A stretch of DNA of 64,000 nucleotides, taken from positions 1-64,000 of the forward strand of contig CAVPRW010000040.1 of NCBI GenBank assembly GCA_963707985.1, read 5' to 3'. A program made the position numbers and the translations under genes. This stretch comes from an uncultured Nitrospinota bacterium. Its GTDB lineage: Bacteria; Tectomicrobia; Entotheonellia; J063; CAVPRW01. The notes under the pieces are model-generated. The model did not search any database. It was not told where the DNA came from and saw only the letters and a program-made list of their open reading frames with translations. Shown here piece after piece: positions 1-9,130 of this stretch (its first letter is position 1; each line of letters begins with the position of its first letter).

Positions 1-389
1 TTAAGCTGCTGGCGGACCTCCATGAGCTTTTTCAGCGGCTCCACCTGTTCAGCTACGCGCTCGGGGGAAAAGTCATCGAGGTTCTGAAAGCGGAGCTCGA
101 CCCCGAGCTTGGTGTCATCATCGGTGAGCCTATTGTCGACTCGAAACGTGAGGCGCGGTTTCATGCCCTTTAGCACATCATGAAAATTATCTCGATCAAT
201 CTCGACGAATTTCCGATCTCTAAGGCGCGGCAATGGCGCATCGGGCTTGCCGGAGAGATCAGCTAGGACGCCCATCACAAATGGGAGCTCCTTCATCTCG
301 ATCGCATCGCCGATCTCCACATCATAGGTAATGTGGACTCGCGGGCTGCGCACACGATCAAGTTTATGTTGGGTGCTTTCTCGTGCCAT
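1..389 (-). CDS. tssB: Type VI secretion contractile sheath small subunit (TssB/VipA/ImpB); 3' end lies outside the window
   Basis: Manual translation from the ATG at 389: MARESTQHKLDRVRSPRVHITYDVEIGDAIEMKELPFVMGVLADLSG...FVEIDRDNF...FSPERVAEQVEPLKKLMEVRQQL. This is the TssB signature. Absent from the ORF track because it is truncated. Confidence 0.97.
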   Translation of the reverse strand, partial: MARESTQHKLDRVRSPRVHITYDVEIGDAIEMKELPFVMGVLADLSGKPDAPLPRLRDRKFVEIDRDNFHDVLKGMKPRLTFRVDNRLTDDDTKLGVELRFQNLDDFSPERVAEQVEPLKKLMEVRQQL

Positions 390-431
390 AGGCTATTCTC
401 CCTCTCTTGTGCATGCCTGTCGTCACTCTAT

Positions 432-1556
432 TTACGTGTCACTGTGGTTGTCCGAATCCTTCAAGCCTAACGTTTCACGTAACTGATCGAGCACACTTTC
501 ATCATGGATCACGTTCTGCAGCCATGCCTCCAGAGGCATCTCGCCCCAGCGAACTGCACGCTGGATCAGATACGACACCGGACTATGGGGCTCGGTGCGT
601 CGAAAATAGTCGGCCACCGCCGCCAGCTGGCGCAGGGCATCGGCGCGGCTTTGTAGCTCAAGAGACGCCACAACAGGACGGCGGGGGGAATATATGACAG
701 GTTCTGAGACCTCCTGCATTACAATGTCGGCTGATGCCTCGGCTGTCAGGGATATACGTTCTGACTCCGGTTCGGGATCGAGGCCGCCTTTTTTCTTACG
801 AATATCCGCCACCAGCGTAAGGCAATCCGCAATTGCCTGTTTAATGCCTGTGAGTCCCGGGGCTTCCCGCCCAAACCTGTCGTCCACCACATGGTCGAGC
901 TGTTCGTACTCGCGCCACGTCTCGTGCAGATCCTCGAAGAGCGTCTGGCAATATGCGAGAGGGGTCATCTCAACTGCCTTGTCAAACTGCTCGCCGGTAA
1001 TCTTGCCCTCTCCCACGAGCGCAGCCATCGCAGCCTGGTCTTGGCGCCCTTTGTTGTCCACATCGCGAGATTCCTTCCAGTGCAACCACGTATAGCGTTC
1101 GGCATTCATGTCGTGTGTGAGTGGGATCTGTCGAATGGAGGACGGGAGCTTCTCGTTCAACCACCCTAGTGGACCAGCACGAAACTCTAAGTCTCCGTCG
1201 TCGAGCTCCGGATAGAGCGAGTCCCAGAAGCGTTCCTGGAGCTCACGAAGTAAGCGCAGGCCGTCGCGGAGCCCTGGAAATCCATGGCGCTTGACCAGCG
1301 CTTCGACTAGCCACACGCCCAGCTGCAGATCCTTGGTCTTCGTCACCAGCGCTTCAGTTGCGATCCTGATGACAGCAGACCAATCGGCGACCTTGATCTC
1401 ACGCACCCAATCGCCCCTGTCGAGATCATCATCGGAGCGGCGCGCCTCCTGGATCGCATCATACGGAGCAGCGAGTCGCAAGGACTCGCCTGACGGGTTA
1501 TCCCCAGGAATAGGCGCAAGGAGCGCTTCGAAGTCGAGAATCACTGGCGATGCCAT
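432..1556 (-). CDS. tssA: Type VI secretion protein TssA (ImpA N-terminal domain)
   Basis: LLAPIPGDNPSGESLR, KTKDLQLGVWLVEA and C-terminal YFRRTEPHSPVSYLIQRAVRWGEMPL motifs; directly upstream of tssB. Confidence 0.95.
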   Translation of the reverse strand: MASPVILDFEALLAPIPGDNPSGESLRLAAPYDAIQEARRSDDDLDRGDWVREIKVADWSAVIRIATEALVTKTKDLQLGVWLVEALVKRHGFPGLRDGLRLLRELQERFWDSLYPELDDGDLEFRAGPLGWLNEKLPSSIRQIPLTHDMNAERYTWLHWKESRDVDNKGRQDQAAMAALVGEGKITGEQFDKAVEMTPLAYCQTLFEDLHETWREYEQLDHVVDDRFGREAPGLTGIKQAIADCLTLVADIRKKKGGLDPEPESERISLTAEASADIVMQEVSEPVIYSPRRPVVASLELQSRADALRQLAAVADYFRRTEPHSPVSYLIQRAVRWGEMPLEAWLQNVIHDESVLDQLRETLGLKDSDNHSDT

Positions 1557-1573
1557 AGAGTTGTTTCCTCTTC

Positions 1574-2383
1574 CTACCCTTGCTCGGCACTCTCCGCCGC
1601 ATCGAATGCGACCTCCCTAACCTCCAGCATGGGTCTCTCCGCCCCATCTATGAGGAACAGGCGCTGTCCGACTCCGAGAACAAGACCCTCCCTCACAGCC
1701 TTCCAATCAGTCATGCGACCTAACTTGACTTGATCATCGCCATGTTCACTCGAACCAGCATAAAGCACGGGGAGAAACACATCTCCCACAGCGCCAAGAT
1801 GGGATTCAAGTGTGCCCGGGATCCAGAGCAGATCGCGTAGCCGCTTGGGCGGGGAGATTGTCAGATGACTGATCTGCTCAAAGGGGAACCAGACATAGTT
1901 GTTGTGGACGATCACCTCAAGGAAGGGGCCCAAGAGATCATCCGCATCGCGAAAATCGGCGAAGGGCTGGCCCTCTAATCCACCCTTGCGGGAGGGCCGG
2001 GCGGCCTCAGACCGTTCGACCAGGGCTTCCGCCTCGGCTAGCCGGTTCTCGCGCAGGCGGTTGACCGCATCGAGGTGCAAGTGTGTGTAGGCTGGGGGGT
2101 CGAACAAGAAGTCAGGCCGAAGTCCGTCCGAGAACAGCCGACGGCGGCTATGCTCGGCGGTGAGGATGTTCCGGTAAACTTGGACTCCCACCTCGGCGGT
2201 GGCACTCTGATGCCCGATGACGTCGAGCTGCCGTTCCGCCCGCTCATAGTCTCCCGCAAAACAGAGCAATTCGAAGAGGAAAGTGCGAAGACGGGAATCG
2301 CTTGGGTGAGATCGTACTTCTTGATTGAGCTGCTCAATGGCAGCGGAGAGCTGTCCAGCATCGAGAAGCTCTTTGGCGTCCAT
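1574..2383 (-). CDS. tagJ: T6SS accessory protein TagJ/ImpE (SciE family)
   Basis: VRSHPSDSRLRTFLFELLCFAGDYERAERQL, DADDLLGPFLE, PKRLRDLLW and LGRMTDW...GQR motifs. Start placed at MDAKELL; the ORF track extends to 2404. Confidence 0.92.
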   Translation of the reverse strand: MDAKELLDAGQLSAAIEQLNQEVRSHPSDSRLRTFLFELLCFAGDYERAERQLDVIGHQSATAEVGVQVYRNILTAEHSRRRLFSDGLRPDFLFDPPAYTHLHLDAVNRLRENRLAEAEALVERSEAARPSRKGGLEGQPFADFRDADDLLGPFLEVIVHNNYVWFPFEQISHLTISPPKRLRDLLWIPGTLESHLGAVGDVFLPVLYAGSSEHGDDQVKLGRMTDWKAVREGLVLGVGQRLFLIDGAERPMLEVREVAFDAAESAEQG

Positions 2384-2499
2384 GGTTGGGATTCCTATCA
2401 TCAAAGAGAAACAGTCTAAGAACCTAGCCAGGTAAGGAAAAGGACAGCCTGATAACCATTTAACAAGAAAAAACCCCTATTTGTATCAAATATAGCACG

Positions 2500-2528
2500 A
2501 CTATGGCACCTCAAGAAATCAAAGTCAA
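2500..2528 (-). promoter_or_regulatory. Candidate sigma-70 promoter of the T6SS operon
   Basis: Minus strand reads TTGACT-17 bp-CATAGT with TG just upstream of the -10, in an AT-rich intergenic stretch about 115 bp upstream of tagJ. Confidence 0.4.
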
Positions 2529-2949
2529 GAGTTTAGTCCCGCGAGAATAAGCGCGCTGGTCGTGAAATCTTTATCTCTGGTTACATACAACGGGACTATG
2601 ACGACCAGTGCCGCTGTGACAGTCTTTTCTGCTGCATGTAGCCAGCGGTGCAGTCTCTTTGGTGGGCAAAAGCCATGCCTGCCGGGCTATGAATGCTAAG
2701 TATCTAAGAATCATGGGGCAATTCAGGCATTCAGGTTAGCACTATGTCCGTCTAGTATGCAGATTTGAGCACCTACAGTGTATGAGTAAGGAGAAGTGTC
2801 CGCAATGGCTTGCAGATTAAGCGGAGTCGGATGTTGTTCATGCTGATCATCAATGAACATTGACTGTTTACTTCTGCACATTCGGAGTTGGCAGTCATTC
2901 CGGCTCAACAGGAGCGCACACTCTGGTGGCCAGCGGCCGTCTCGCGCCC

Positions 2950-4299
2950 TCACTCCCCGGCTCCCGCCCTGCGCAGCAATTGTACCACATCGCTGTGACC
3001 TTCTTTACCTGCAATCATCATGGCCGTCCGGCCATCGAGGTCTTTCACATGGACGTCAGCGCCCTTATCAAGTAAAAGGCGTACCGTAGCGGCTTGACCT
3101 TTATTGGCCGCGACCATCAACGCCGTCCAGCCGTTCCGATGTCTAGCATTGACGTCGGCCCCGCGCGCAATCAAGGTTTCCACCGTTTCGGCATGGCCGT
3201 TCGCGGCCGCGTTCATCAAAATGGTAAAACCTGTGGCATCACGCTCATTGACATTGGCGCCACCAGCGAGCAGTGCTTGCGCAGCGGCGCTGCGTCCGCG
3301 CTCTGCGGCAAGCATCAAGGCGGTATTGCCGCTTTTATCTTGCTCCTGCACGCCGGCGCCATTACGCAATAAAACCTGCACCGTCGTTGTATTCCCCAGT
3401 TCTGCGGCGAGCATCAACAGCGTCAGGCCTGCCGTCGTTCGCTCGCCAGCATCGGCACCACTGCTCAACAGGGCTTGCACGGACTCAGTGTGCCCATTAC
3501 CTACCGCGACCATGAGGGGTGTCAAGCCATTGTTGTCTCTTTCAGAGAGCCGCGCCCCTTTGTCCGCCAGTATCTGCACCACGGCGCCGTGACCGCTGGC
3601 CGCAGCCAGATGTAAGGCGGTTTTCCCCTGCTTCGGCTCTTTCGTGTGAATGTCGGCCCCTTTCTCTAGCAATCCCTGAACGATCGGCGTATACCCCCGA
3701 TCGGCTGCCGCCAACAATGGCGTCCAGCCGTTGTTGTCTTTTGCCATGACATCAGCGTCCTTCGCCAACAGTGACTGGACCGTCGATGCGTGGCCATTGC
3801 CAGTGGCTAAATATAAAGCTGTTCGACCCTGCTTTGACTCTTTCTCATTGACTTCTGCCCCGCTTGCCAGTAGTACTTGCACCATCGCCGTATCGCCTCG
3901 CTCTGCAGCAAGCATCAGCGGGGTCCAACCGCCATTATCCTTGTCCTTCGCGTCAGCCCCCTTCTTCAGCAACGCCCGAACAACGGTCGCATGCCCATTG
4001 GAGACGGCCAGTAACAGGGCTGTGCGACCCTGCCTCGCCTCCTTATCATGGACATCGGCACCCTTGTCTAGCAGGACCTGAACAATCTCTATGTTGCCGC
4101 GCTCTGAGGCAATCATCAAGGCGGTCATGCCTCGGGAGTCTTTCTCATTGACGTTCGCTCCTTTACGCAGGGACGCTTGGACATTCTTACTGTCAGCCTT
4201 CAGCACCGCCGGCATGAGCGAAGGCGGCAAGCCTTTCGAGCAGGCGGTGATGAGGCCCCCGAGCATCAATAAAACCATGAGGTTGACCTGCAGTGACAT
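2950..4299 (-). CDS. Ankyrin-repeat lipoprotein (12 repeats plus N-cap)
   Basis: GGAGG RBS before the ATG at 4299; hydrophobic leader with lipobox LITA-C; twelve G-x-T-[AP]-L-x-x-A...LL-x-x-GA repeats. Confidence 0.92.
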   Translation of the reverse strand: MSLQVNLMVLLMLGGLITACSKGLPPSLMPAVLKADSKNVQASLRKGANVNEKDSRGMTALMIASERGNIEIVQVLLDKGADVHDKEARQGRTALLLAVSNGHATVVRALLKKGADAKDKDNGGWTPLMLAAERGDTAMVQVLLASGAEVNEKESKQGRTALYLATGNGHASTVQSLLAKDADVMAKDNNGWTPLLAAADRGYTPIVQGLLEKGADIHTKEPKQGKTALHLAAASGHGAVVQILADKGARLSERDNNGLTPLMVAVGNGHTESVQALLSSGADAGERTTAGLTLLMLAAELGNTTTVQVLLRNGAGVQEQDKSGNTALMLAAERGRSAAAQALLAGGANVNERDATGFTILMNAAANGHAETVETLIARGADVNARHRNGWTALMVAANKGQAATVRLLLDKGADVHVKDLDGRTAMMIAGKEGHSDVVQLLRRAGAGE

Positions 4300-4623
4300 A
4301 TGGCTCCTCCTGCTCGCCTTCATTCAGAAGGCCAGGCGTGACAGTGATCTCCCATACTCCGCCCGATCAACATAAACCTCTTGAGCGGCAATGCTAGAAC
4401 ACTTTGAGAAGGCTGGCAAGCATTGTCGCAGCCGGTTCTGGGGGGCGCATCGTCTCCGATCGAGATGACTTCGGCTCGTCCCTCTCCAAGCCACATCATG
4501 GAGGGCTGCCGGAGATTCTCCAAGCTTGGCGATTTTTGCTACAATAGCTGGCGATCCTCTGTCATGCTGAGGGAAAAGCCCTCATGGTCTCAGGCTCTGA
4601 CACTCACGAAGTAGGAGGCAACC

Positions 4624-6477
4624 GTGATGCGTGTCACTCTCGTGCTCGGACTGGTTCTGTTGATGGCTATACGCCTCCTCCCCATCGCAGCCGCCGCATC
4701 GATTGTTGAAGTCGCGGCAAGTCGAGGCGATATCCGCTCTGGTCCTAGCGCTGCACACGAGATCATTGGCGAGATACGGCAGGGAGAGAAGTATGCCGCC
4801 CTGGAGAAGCGCGGGGAGTGGTATCGCATACGTTTGGTGGATGGGCGGGAAGGCTGGATCCATGAGAAACTGGTGGCCGTGGCCAGAGGTGATGAGGCTA
4901 GCCGACCGCGTGTGGCCGCCTCAGGTCCCGCGATTGGAACCGGGAACTTTTACAGTAGCAGTTGGGCAGTTGTCGTCGGCATCAATGATTACCAGACTTG
5001 GCCACCACTGAATTACGCCGTCAACGATGCCAGAGGCGTGCGGTCAAAATTGCTGGACCTCGGCTTTGAGTCGGGGAAAATCTTTGAGCTGTACGATAGA
5101 GAGGCGACTAAGGAAAATATCCTGCGCGTCGTTGCCGACGATCTGCCCCGTAAGACCGGTCCGAATGACCGGGTGCTCTTGTTCTTCGCCGGCCATGGCC
5201 AGACCGAAGAGCTGCCTGGAGGTATCAAGCGCGGCTTTCTCATCCCGGTTGATGGGGATCTCAACAACCTCTACGCCAAGAGCATCCCGATGAACGTGGT
5301 TGCCGATATATCCCAGCGTATTCCAGCCAAGCACATCCTGTTCCTGATGGATGCCTGCTATTCTGGCCTTGCCTTCGCTCGTTCATCTCCCATATCCTCG
5401 CAAACGCCTGGCTATTTGGAGAAGATCACGAGTGCCAGGGCTCGACAAATCATCACCGCCGGCGGCGCGGGTGAACAGGTCGTCGAGCGCGAGGGGCATG
5501 GCCTCTTCACCAAGCGCTTGCTTGAGGCCTTCGATCGTAGCGGAGATCTCAATAGCGATGGCGTACTGACGGCATTTGAATTGGGCAATTACCTACGGTC
5601 GAAGGTTTCAGCCGAGTCGGCGAATCGGCAGACTCCTGTCTTTGGAACCTTGGAGGGGGAAGGAGAGTTCGTATTTTTCATGCCGCAACCCAAGGAGGGC
5701 ACGACCGACGTGAGACCGCGTGTCGAGACGCCACGCGTCAGACCACGCACTGGAGAAGAACCGAGCCCCAGACCACAGGAGGTCAAAGCTGCTGAGTCGG
5801 TGTCGCAGCCAGCCTCAATCCAGTACCACCTACTGGTCACGCACATCGACTTTAGCACCTTTGCCCGTTACCTTGAAAAAGCACCCTCAGGAACGTCCGG
5901 GGAGGAAGTGATGCCACGCTTGGAAGGGCGCCTGGATCGATTAGAGTTCCCCTCGGCAGCGATGATCCCAGGCCGTGACCTTCAGCTCCTCACCGACTCT
6001 GGCTATGGCAGCAGCACGCCATCGCGAAGCGCTGTCGTTCCCATGAGCTTAGGGAAGTCTTGGACTACCTTGGTGTGGGAAGGACAACCAGGGGATAGAG
6101 TGGCGATTGTGATGAAGAGTGAAATACAAGGCTGGCCGGAGGTACGCGCTGTGGCTGCCAATGCCGAGGGGGTGCTCAGACGGCTAACGATTGGAGGGCC
6201 TTCGCTCTTCGGTAGCGGATCGCAGCAGGTACCCGACGTTGCGTATGATTTTCTCGCCCATGCGGTGGAGCACGGGACGTTCATCAGCTGGGTGGACCAG
6301 CATGCCAAGGCGATTAACGGGATGTCGCTTGTCGTAGGTCGTGGTCGCGGCGGGGTGTTGTCGGCAGATCGCGTCTACGCGATGATTACGCTACCTCCCG
6401 AGCCACGTACCTTCAAGGTGGTAATCGGCTGGGATCAACCCGATCGATTGCGGGAGCGCTTTCCCCCACGACGCTGA
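4624..6477 (+). CDS. Exported caspase-family (peptidase C14) protein with N-terminal SH3b domain and an unrecognised C-terminal domain
   Basis: Signal peptide; SH3b (IRSGPS...WYRIRLVDGREGWI); VVVGINDY...AVNDA, FFAGHG (His) and MDACYSG (Cys) dyad; DLNSDGVLT..EL motif; Pro/Arg-rich linker; about 220 aa C-terminal domain. Confidence 0.9.
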   Translation: MMRVTLVLGLVLLMAIRLLPIAAAASIVEVAASRGDIRSGPSAAHEIIGEIRQGEKYAALEKRGEWYRIRLVDGREGWIHEKLVAVARGDEASRPRVAASGPAIGTGNFYSSSWAVVVGINDYQTWPPLNYAVNDARGVRSKLLDLGFESGKIFELYDREATKENILRVVADDLPRKTGPNDRVLLFFAGHGQTEELPGGIKRGFLIPVDGDLNNLYAKSIPMNVVADISQRIPAKHILFLMDACYSGLAFARSSPISSQTPGYLEKITSARARQIITAGGAGEQVVEREGHGLFTKRLLEAFDRSGDLNSDGVLTAFELGNYLRSKVSAESANRQTPVFGTLEGEGEFVFFMPQPKEGTTDVRPRVETPRVRPRTGEEPSPRPQEVKAAESVSQPASIQYHLLVTHIDFSTFARYLEKAPSGTSGEEVMPRLEGRLDRLEFPSAAMIPGRDLQLLTDSGYGSSTPSRSAVVPMSLGKSWTTLVWEGQPGDRVAIVMKSEIQGWPEVRAVAANAEGVLRRLTIGGPSLFGSGSQQVPDVAYDFLAHAVEHGTFISWVDQHAKAINGMSLVVGRGRGGVLSADRVYAMITLPPEPRTFKVVIGWDQPDRLRERFPPRR

Positions 6478-6696
6478 TGGTTGAGCGCAGGGTAGTGGGT
6501 CAATTTCATGTTAACAGCTTGGGATCGGCATCGTGGATCGACCATACACCCAATGTTAAGTCCAAACTGACCCATTACCTAATCATTATTGCCCTATAAA
6601 ACACGAGGAGGAAGGCATATAATTGCACAAACTTTGTCGGTTGGTCTTGGATACCGGTGGATCTAATCTCCTCCGGACCGGCACGAGGAGGGCGCC

Positions 6697-8385
6697 ATGA
6701 GCGTTATGGACATACGGCAGCGGTGGCTTCTGGTCGGCTTCGCCTGTGCAGTTGTGGTGTGCTGTATCGCTGCGGTAGGCCCACCATCCTCAGGGCTTGC
6801 GGCTGATACGAAAGTCACAGCGAGCGACCAGCTCAAAGTGATGTTCATGATCCAAGGGCCTGACCAGGAGAGGAGCCAAGTCGTCGAAAACACACTCGCC
6901 CAGGCGTTTCTGCGACAAGGGTACAAAGTCATCGATGCTGCAACGGTAACCCAAAGTCTGAACCGTAGTGCCTATCTCCGCAAACAGGCTGAAACCGAAG
7001 CCGCTAAGCGCCTAGGCTCCAATCTAGGAGCGGATATCGTCGTGAGCGGTGAGGCCAAGTTCCGTGTCGTGGATAAGTCTTACACATTGTTAGAGGGAAA
7101 AAAGGTTACTATTAGTCAGGGAGATGTGACCGTCAAGGCGGTGCTAGCCAAGAGTGGCAGGGTCATCGTGGCCGAGAATGCCTCTCAGCGCAAGCCATTT
7201 GATACCACGGGTCAGAGCGCTCTGCAGATGGCGGCCGAATCGGCAGCGGCAAAATTACTTCAAGGAATTGAGCAATTTGTGAATCGCGACACCACGGATT
7301 ATCGTCTCGTCGTCGGGAACGTCGATGATTCGCAATCGCTGGCTTTTCAGGAAAGCCTGCGGCATCGCGTGAAGGGCGTACGGCAGGTCGATGAGCACAG
7401 CTCCAAGCAAAATGTTGCCGAGCTCAATGTCAGCGTCGAGAAGGCCCAGGATTTACCATTCAAGCAAAGCCTCTTTTCACAACTCTCCAACCTCGGACTC
7501 GGCACCTTCGACATGGTGGCGGGGGAAGGCGAGACCATGTATCTGCGGAAAGCGTCTCCAGAGCCGGACTCAGGATCTCGCCAGCCCTCTCCCGGGGTCG
7601 GCCCTGGCGGGACATCCCCAAACATACCCCTGACATTCAAGACTATATATACCAAAGGGTATGCAAAGAGCTGGGCTGTACTGATTGGCATCAATGAGTA
7701 TCAGCAGTGGCCAAAGCTCAAGTATGCCGTCAATGACGCGGAAGCCGTCGAAACCCTCGTGCGCAAGCTCGGGTTCGACGAAGTCATCATGGTCCTCGAC
7801 AGAGAGGCCACGCAACAACGCATCCTGCGGGTCCTGGGGGATGAACTGTATGCCAAGACGCGCGATGATGATCGGGTGTTTATCTTCTTTGCCGGCCACG
7901 GCCAAACCCAGGATTTACCCAGTGGGGGGAAAGACGGCTATATCATTCCGGTAGATGGTGATTTGAATAATTACTACTCCACGGCGATCTCCATGCAACA
8001 ACTCCAGCGTCTGGCCGACCGTATCCGCGCCAAGCACATGTTTTATGCCATGGATGCCTGTTTCTCCGGGTTGCTCCTGCAATTACGCGGCGAAGCCCTC
8101 AATGAGCCTCCTGGTGAACTCACGACGGTCCCGGCTCGGCAAGTGCTCACCGCGGGCGCCGAGGGGGAGAAGGTGGCCGAGACCGGCGGACACGGATTAT
8201 TCACGAAATCGTTGCTGAGTGGCCTGGCTGGAGCTGCGGACCTCAATAAAGATGGCTACATCACCGCCAGTGAACTGTATCGATACATCACCCCCCAGGT
8301 GCTGGAGGAGTCACGCAACACACAAAATCCAGTGTTCGGGCGCCTTGGATTCGGTCAGGGCGAATTTGTGTTCGTCCGCAAGTGA
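6697..8385 (+). CDS. Exported protein with N-terminal CsgG/FlgT/TolB-N-like domain and C-terminal caspase (C14) domain
   Basis: Signal peptide; AFLRQGYKVID...AKRLGSNLGADIVVSGE pattern; C-terminal LIGINEY, AVNDA, FFAGHG, MDACFSG and DLNKDGYITASEL. Confidence 0.88.
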   Translation: MSVMDIRQRWLLVGFACAVVVCCIAAVGPPSSGLAADTKVTASDQLKVMFMIQGPDQERSQVVENTLAQAFLRQGYKVIDAATVTQSLNRSAYLRKQAETEAAKRLGSNLGADIVVSGEAKFRVVDKSYTLLEGKKVTISQGDVTVKAVLAKSGRVIVAENASQRKPFDTTGQSALQMAAESAAAKLLQGIEQFVNRDTTDYRLVVGNVDDSQSLAFQESLRHRVKGVRQVDEHSSKQNVAELNVSVEKAQDLPFKQSLFSQLSNLGLGTFDMVAGEGETMYLRKASPEPDSGSRQPSPGVGPGGTSPNIPLTFKTIYTKGYAKSWAVLIGINEYQQWPKLKYAVNDAEAVETLVRKLGFDEVIMVLDREATQQRILRVLGDELYAKTRDDDRVFIFFAGHGQTQDLPSGGKDGYIIPVDGDLNNYYSTAISMQQLQRLADRIRAKHMFYAMDACFSGLLLQLRGEALNEPPGELTTVPARQVLTAGAEGEKVAETGGHGLFTKSLLSGLAGAADLNKDGYITASELYRYITPQVLEESRNTQNPVFGRLGFGQGEFVFVRK

Positions 8386-8397
8386 TGCACGATAACC

Positions 8398-9117
8398 ATG
8401 CTGAAGCCGGGGCAGATCAAGGTGACAGTGCTGAGAAATGTGTTGCTTGCCAGCATACTTTGTCCGTTGCTGGTCGCATGCGGAGGTCCCTCGGTACGCG
8501 GAGATCCTCGATCTGCGACGCCGGCACTGTCGTTGTCTGCAGGCAAAGTCCTTGCCGCCATTGGGGTGAAACCGCCAGGGGAAAATGGCTCTGGTGCCGA
8601 TGATGCCATCTGGCAGGACCGCCGCGTTGCATTTGGGCTCACCTCTTTGCTGGCTGAGTCCTTCTACGAGACCGGGGCATTCCGCCTGGTGGAGGAGAAG
8701 GACATGCGCCAACGCCAGGTGATAGAGGAGTTGGTAGACCTTTTCTGGAGCCCATCCCATCCCGAGAGCGTACAGCCAGAATTGGCGGGCATTGAAAGAC
8801 GGCTTGAGGCAGACCTCCTGGCGTATGGGAAGGTCGACTATACCAGGACCTCCGGCCAGCGCATCCAGATCGGTCCGGTGGGGAGATACCAGCAGACGCT
8901 GCGCATCAACATCGACGTTTGCCTGTACGAGATATCAACGCAACAAACGCTCTGCCGGCCAGGTGAAGGAATGGCCCAACAGGACGGAGTAGGGGTGATC
9001 TATACGTTTCGCAACGATCGCCCTGATTTCGAGAAGACTGCCGCGGGCCTAGCCACGAAGCAGGCCGTAACCTCGGCTGTACAAGCGCTCATGGCGAGCA
9101 TACAGTTTACCCCGTAG
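8398..9117 (+). CDS. Lipoprotein with CsgG/TolB-N-like fold
   Basis: Lipobox LVA-C; FGLTSLLAESFYETGAFRLVEE and ADLLAYGKV; C-terminal AAGLATKQAV; visibly paralogous to the next gene. Confidence 0.7.
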   Translation: MLKPGQIKVTVLRNVLLASILCPLLVACGGPSVRGDPRSATPALSLSAGKVLAAIGVKPPGENGSGADDAIWQDRRVAFGLTSLLAESFYETGAFRLVEEKDMRQRQVIEELVDLFWSPSHPESVQPELAGIERRLEADLLAYGKVDYTRTSGQRIQIGPVGRYQQTLRINIDVCLYEISTQQTLCRPGEGMAQQDGVGVIYTFRNDRPDFEKTAAGLATKQAVTSAVQALMASIQFTP

Positions 9118-9130
9118 AAGGAATCCTGTA

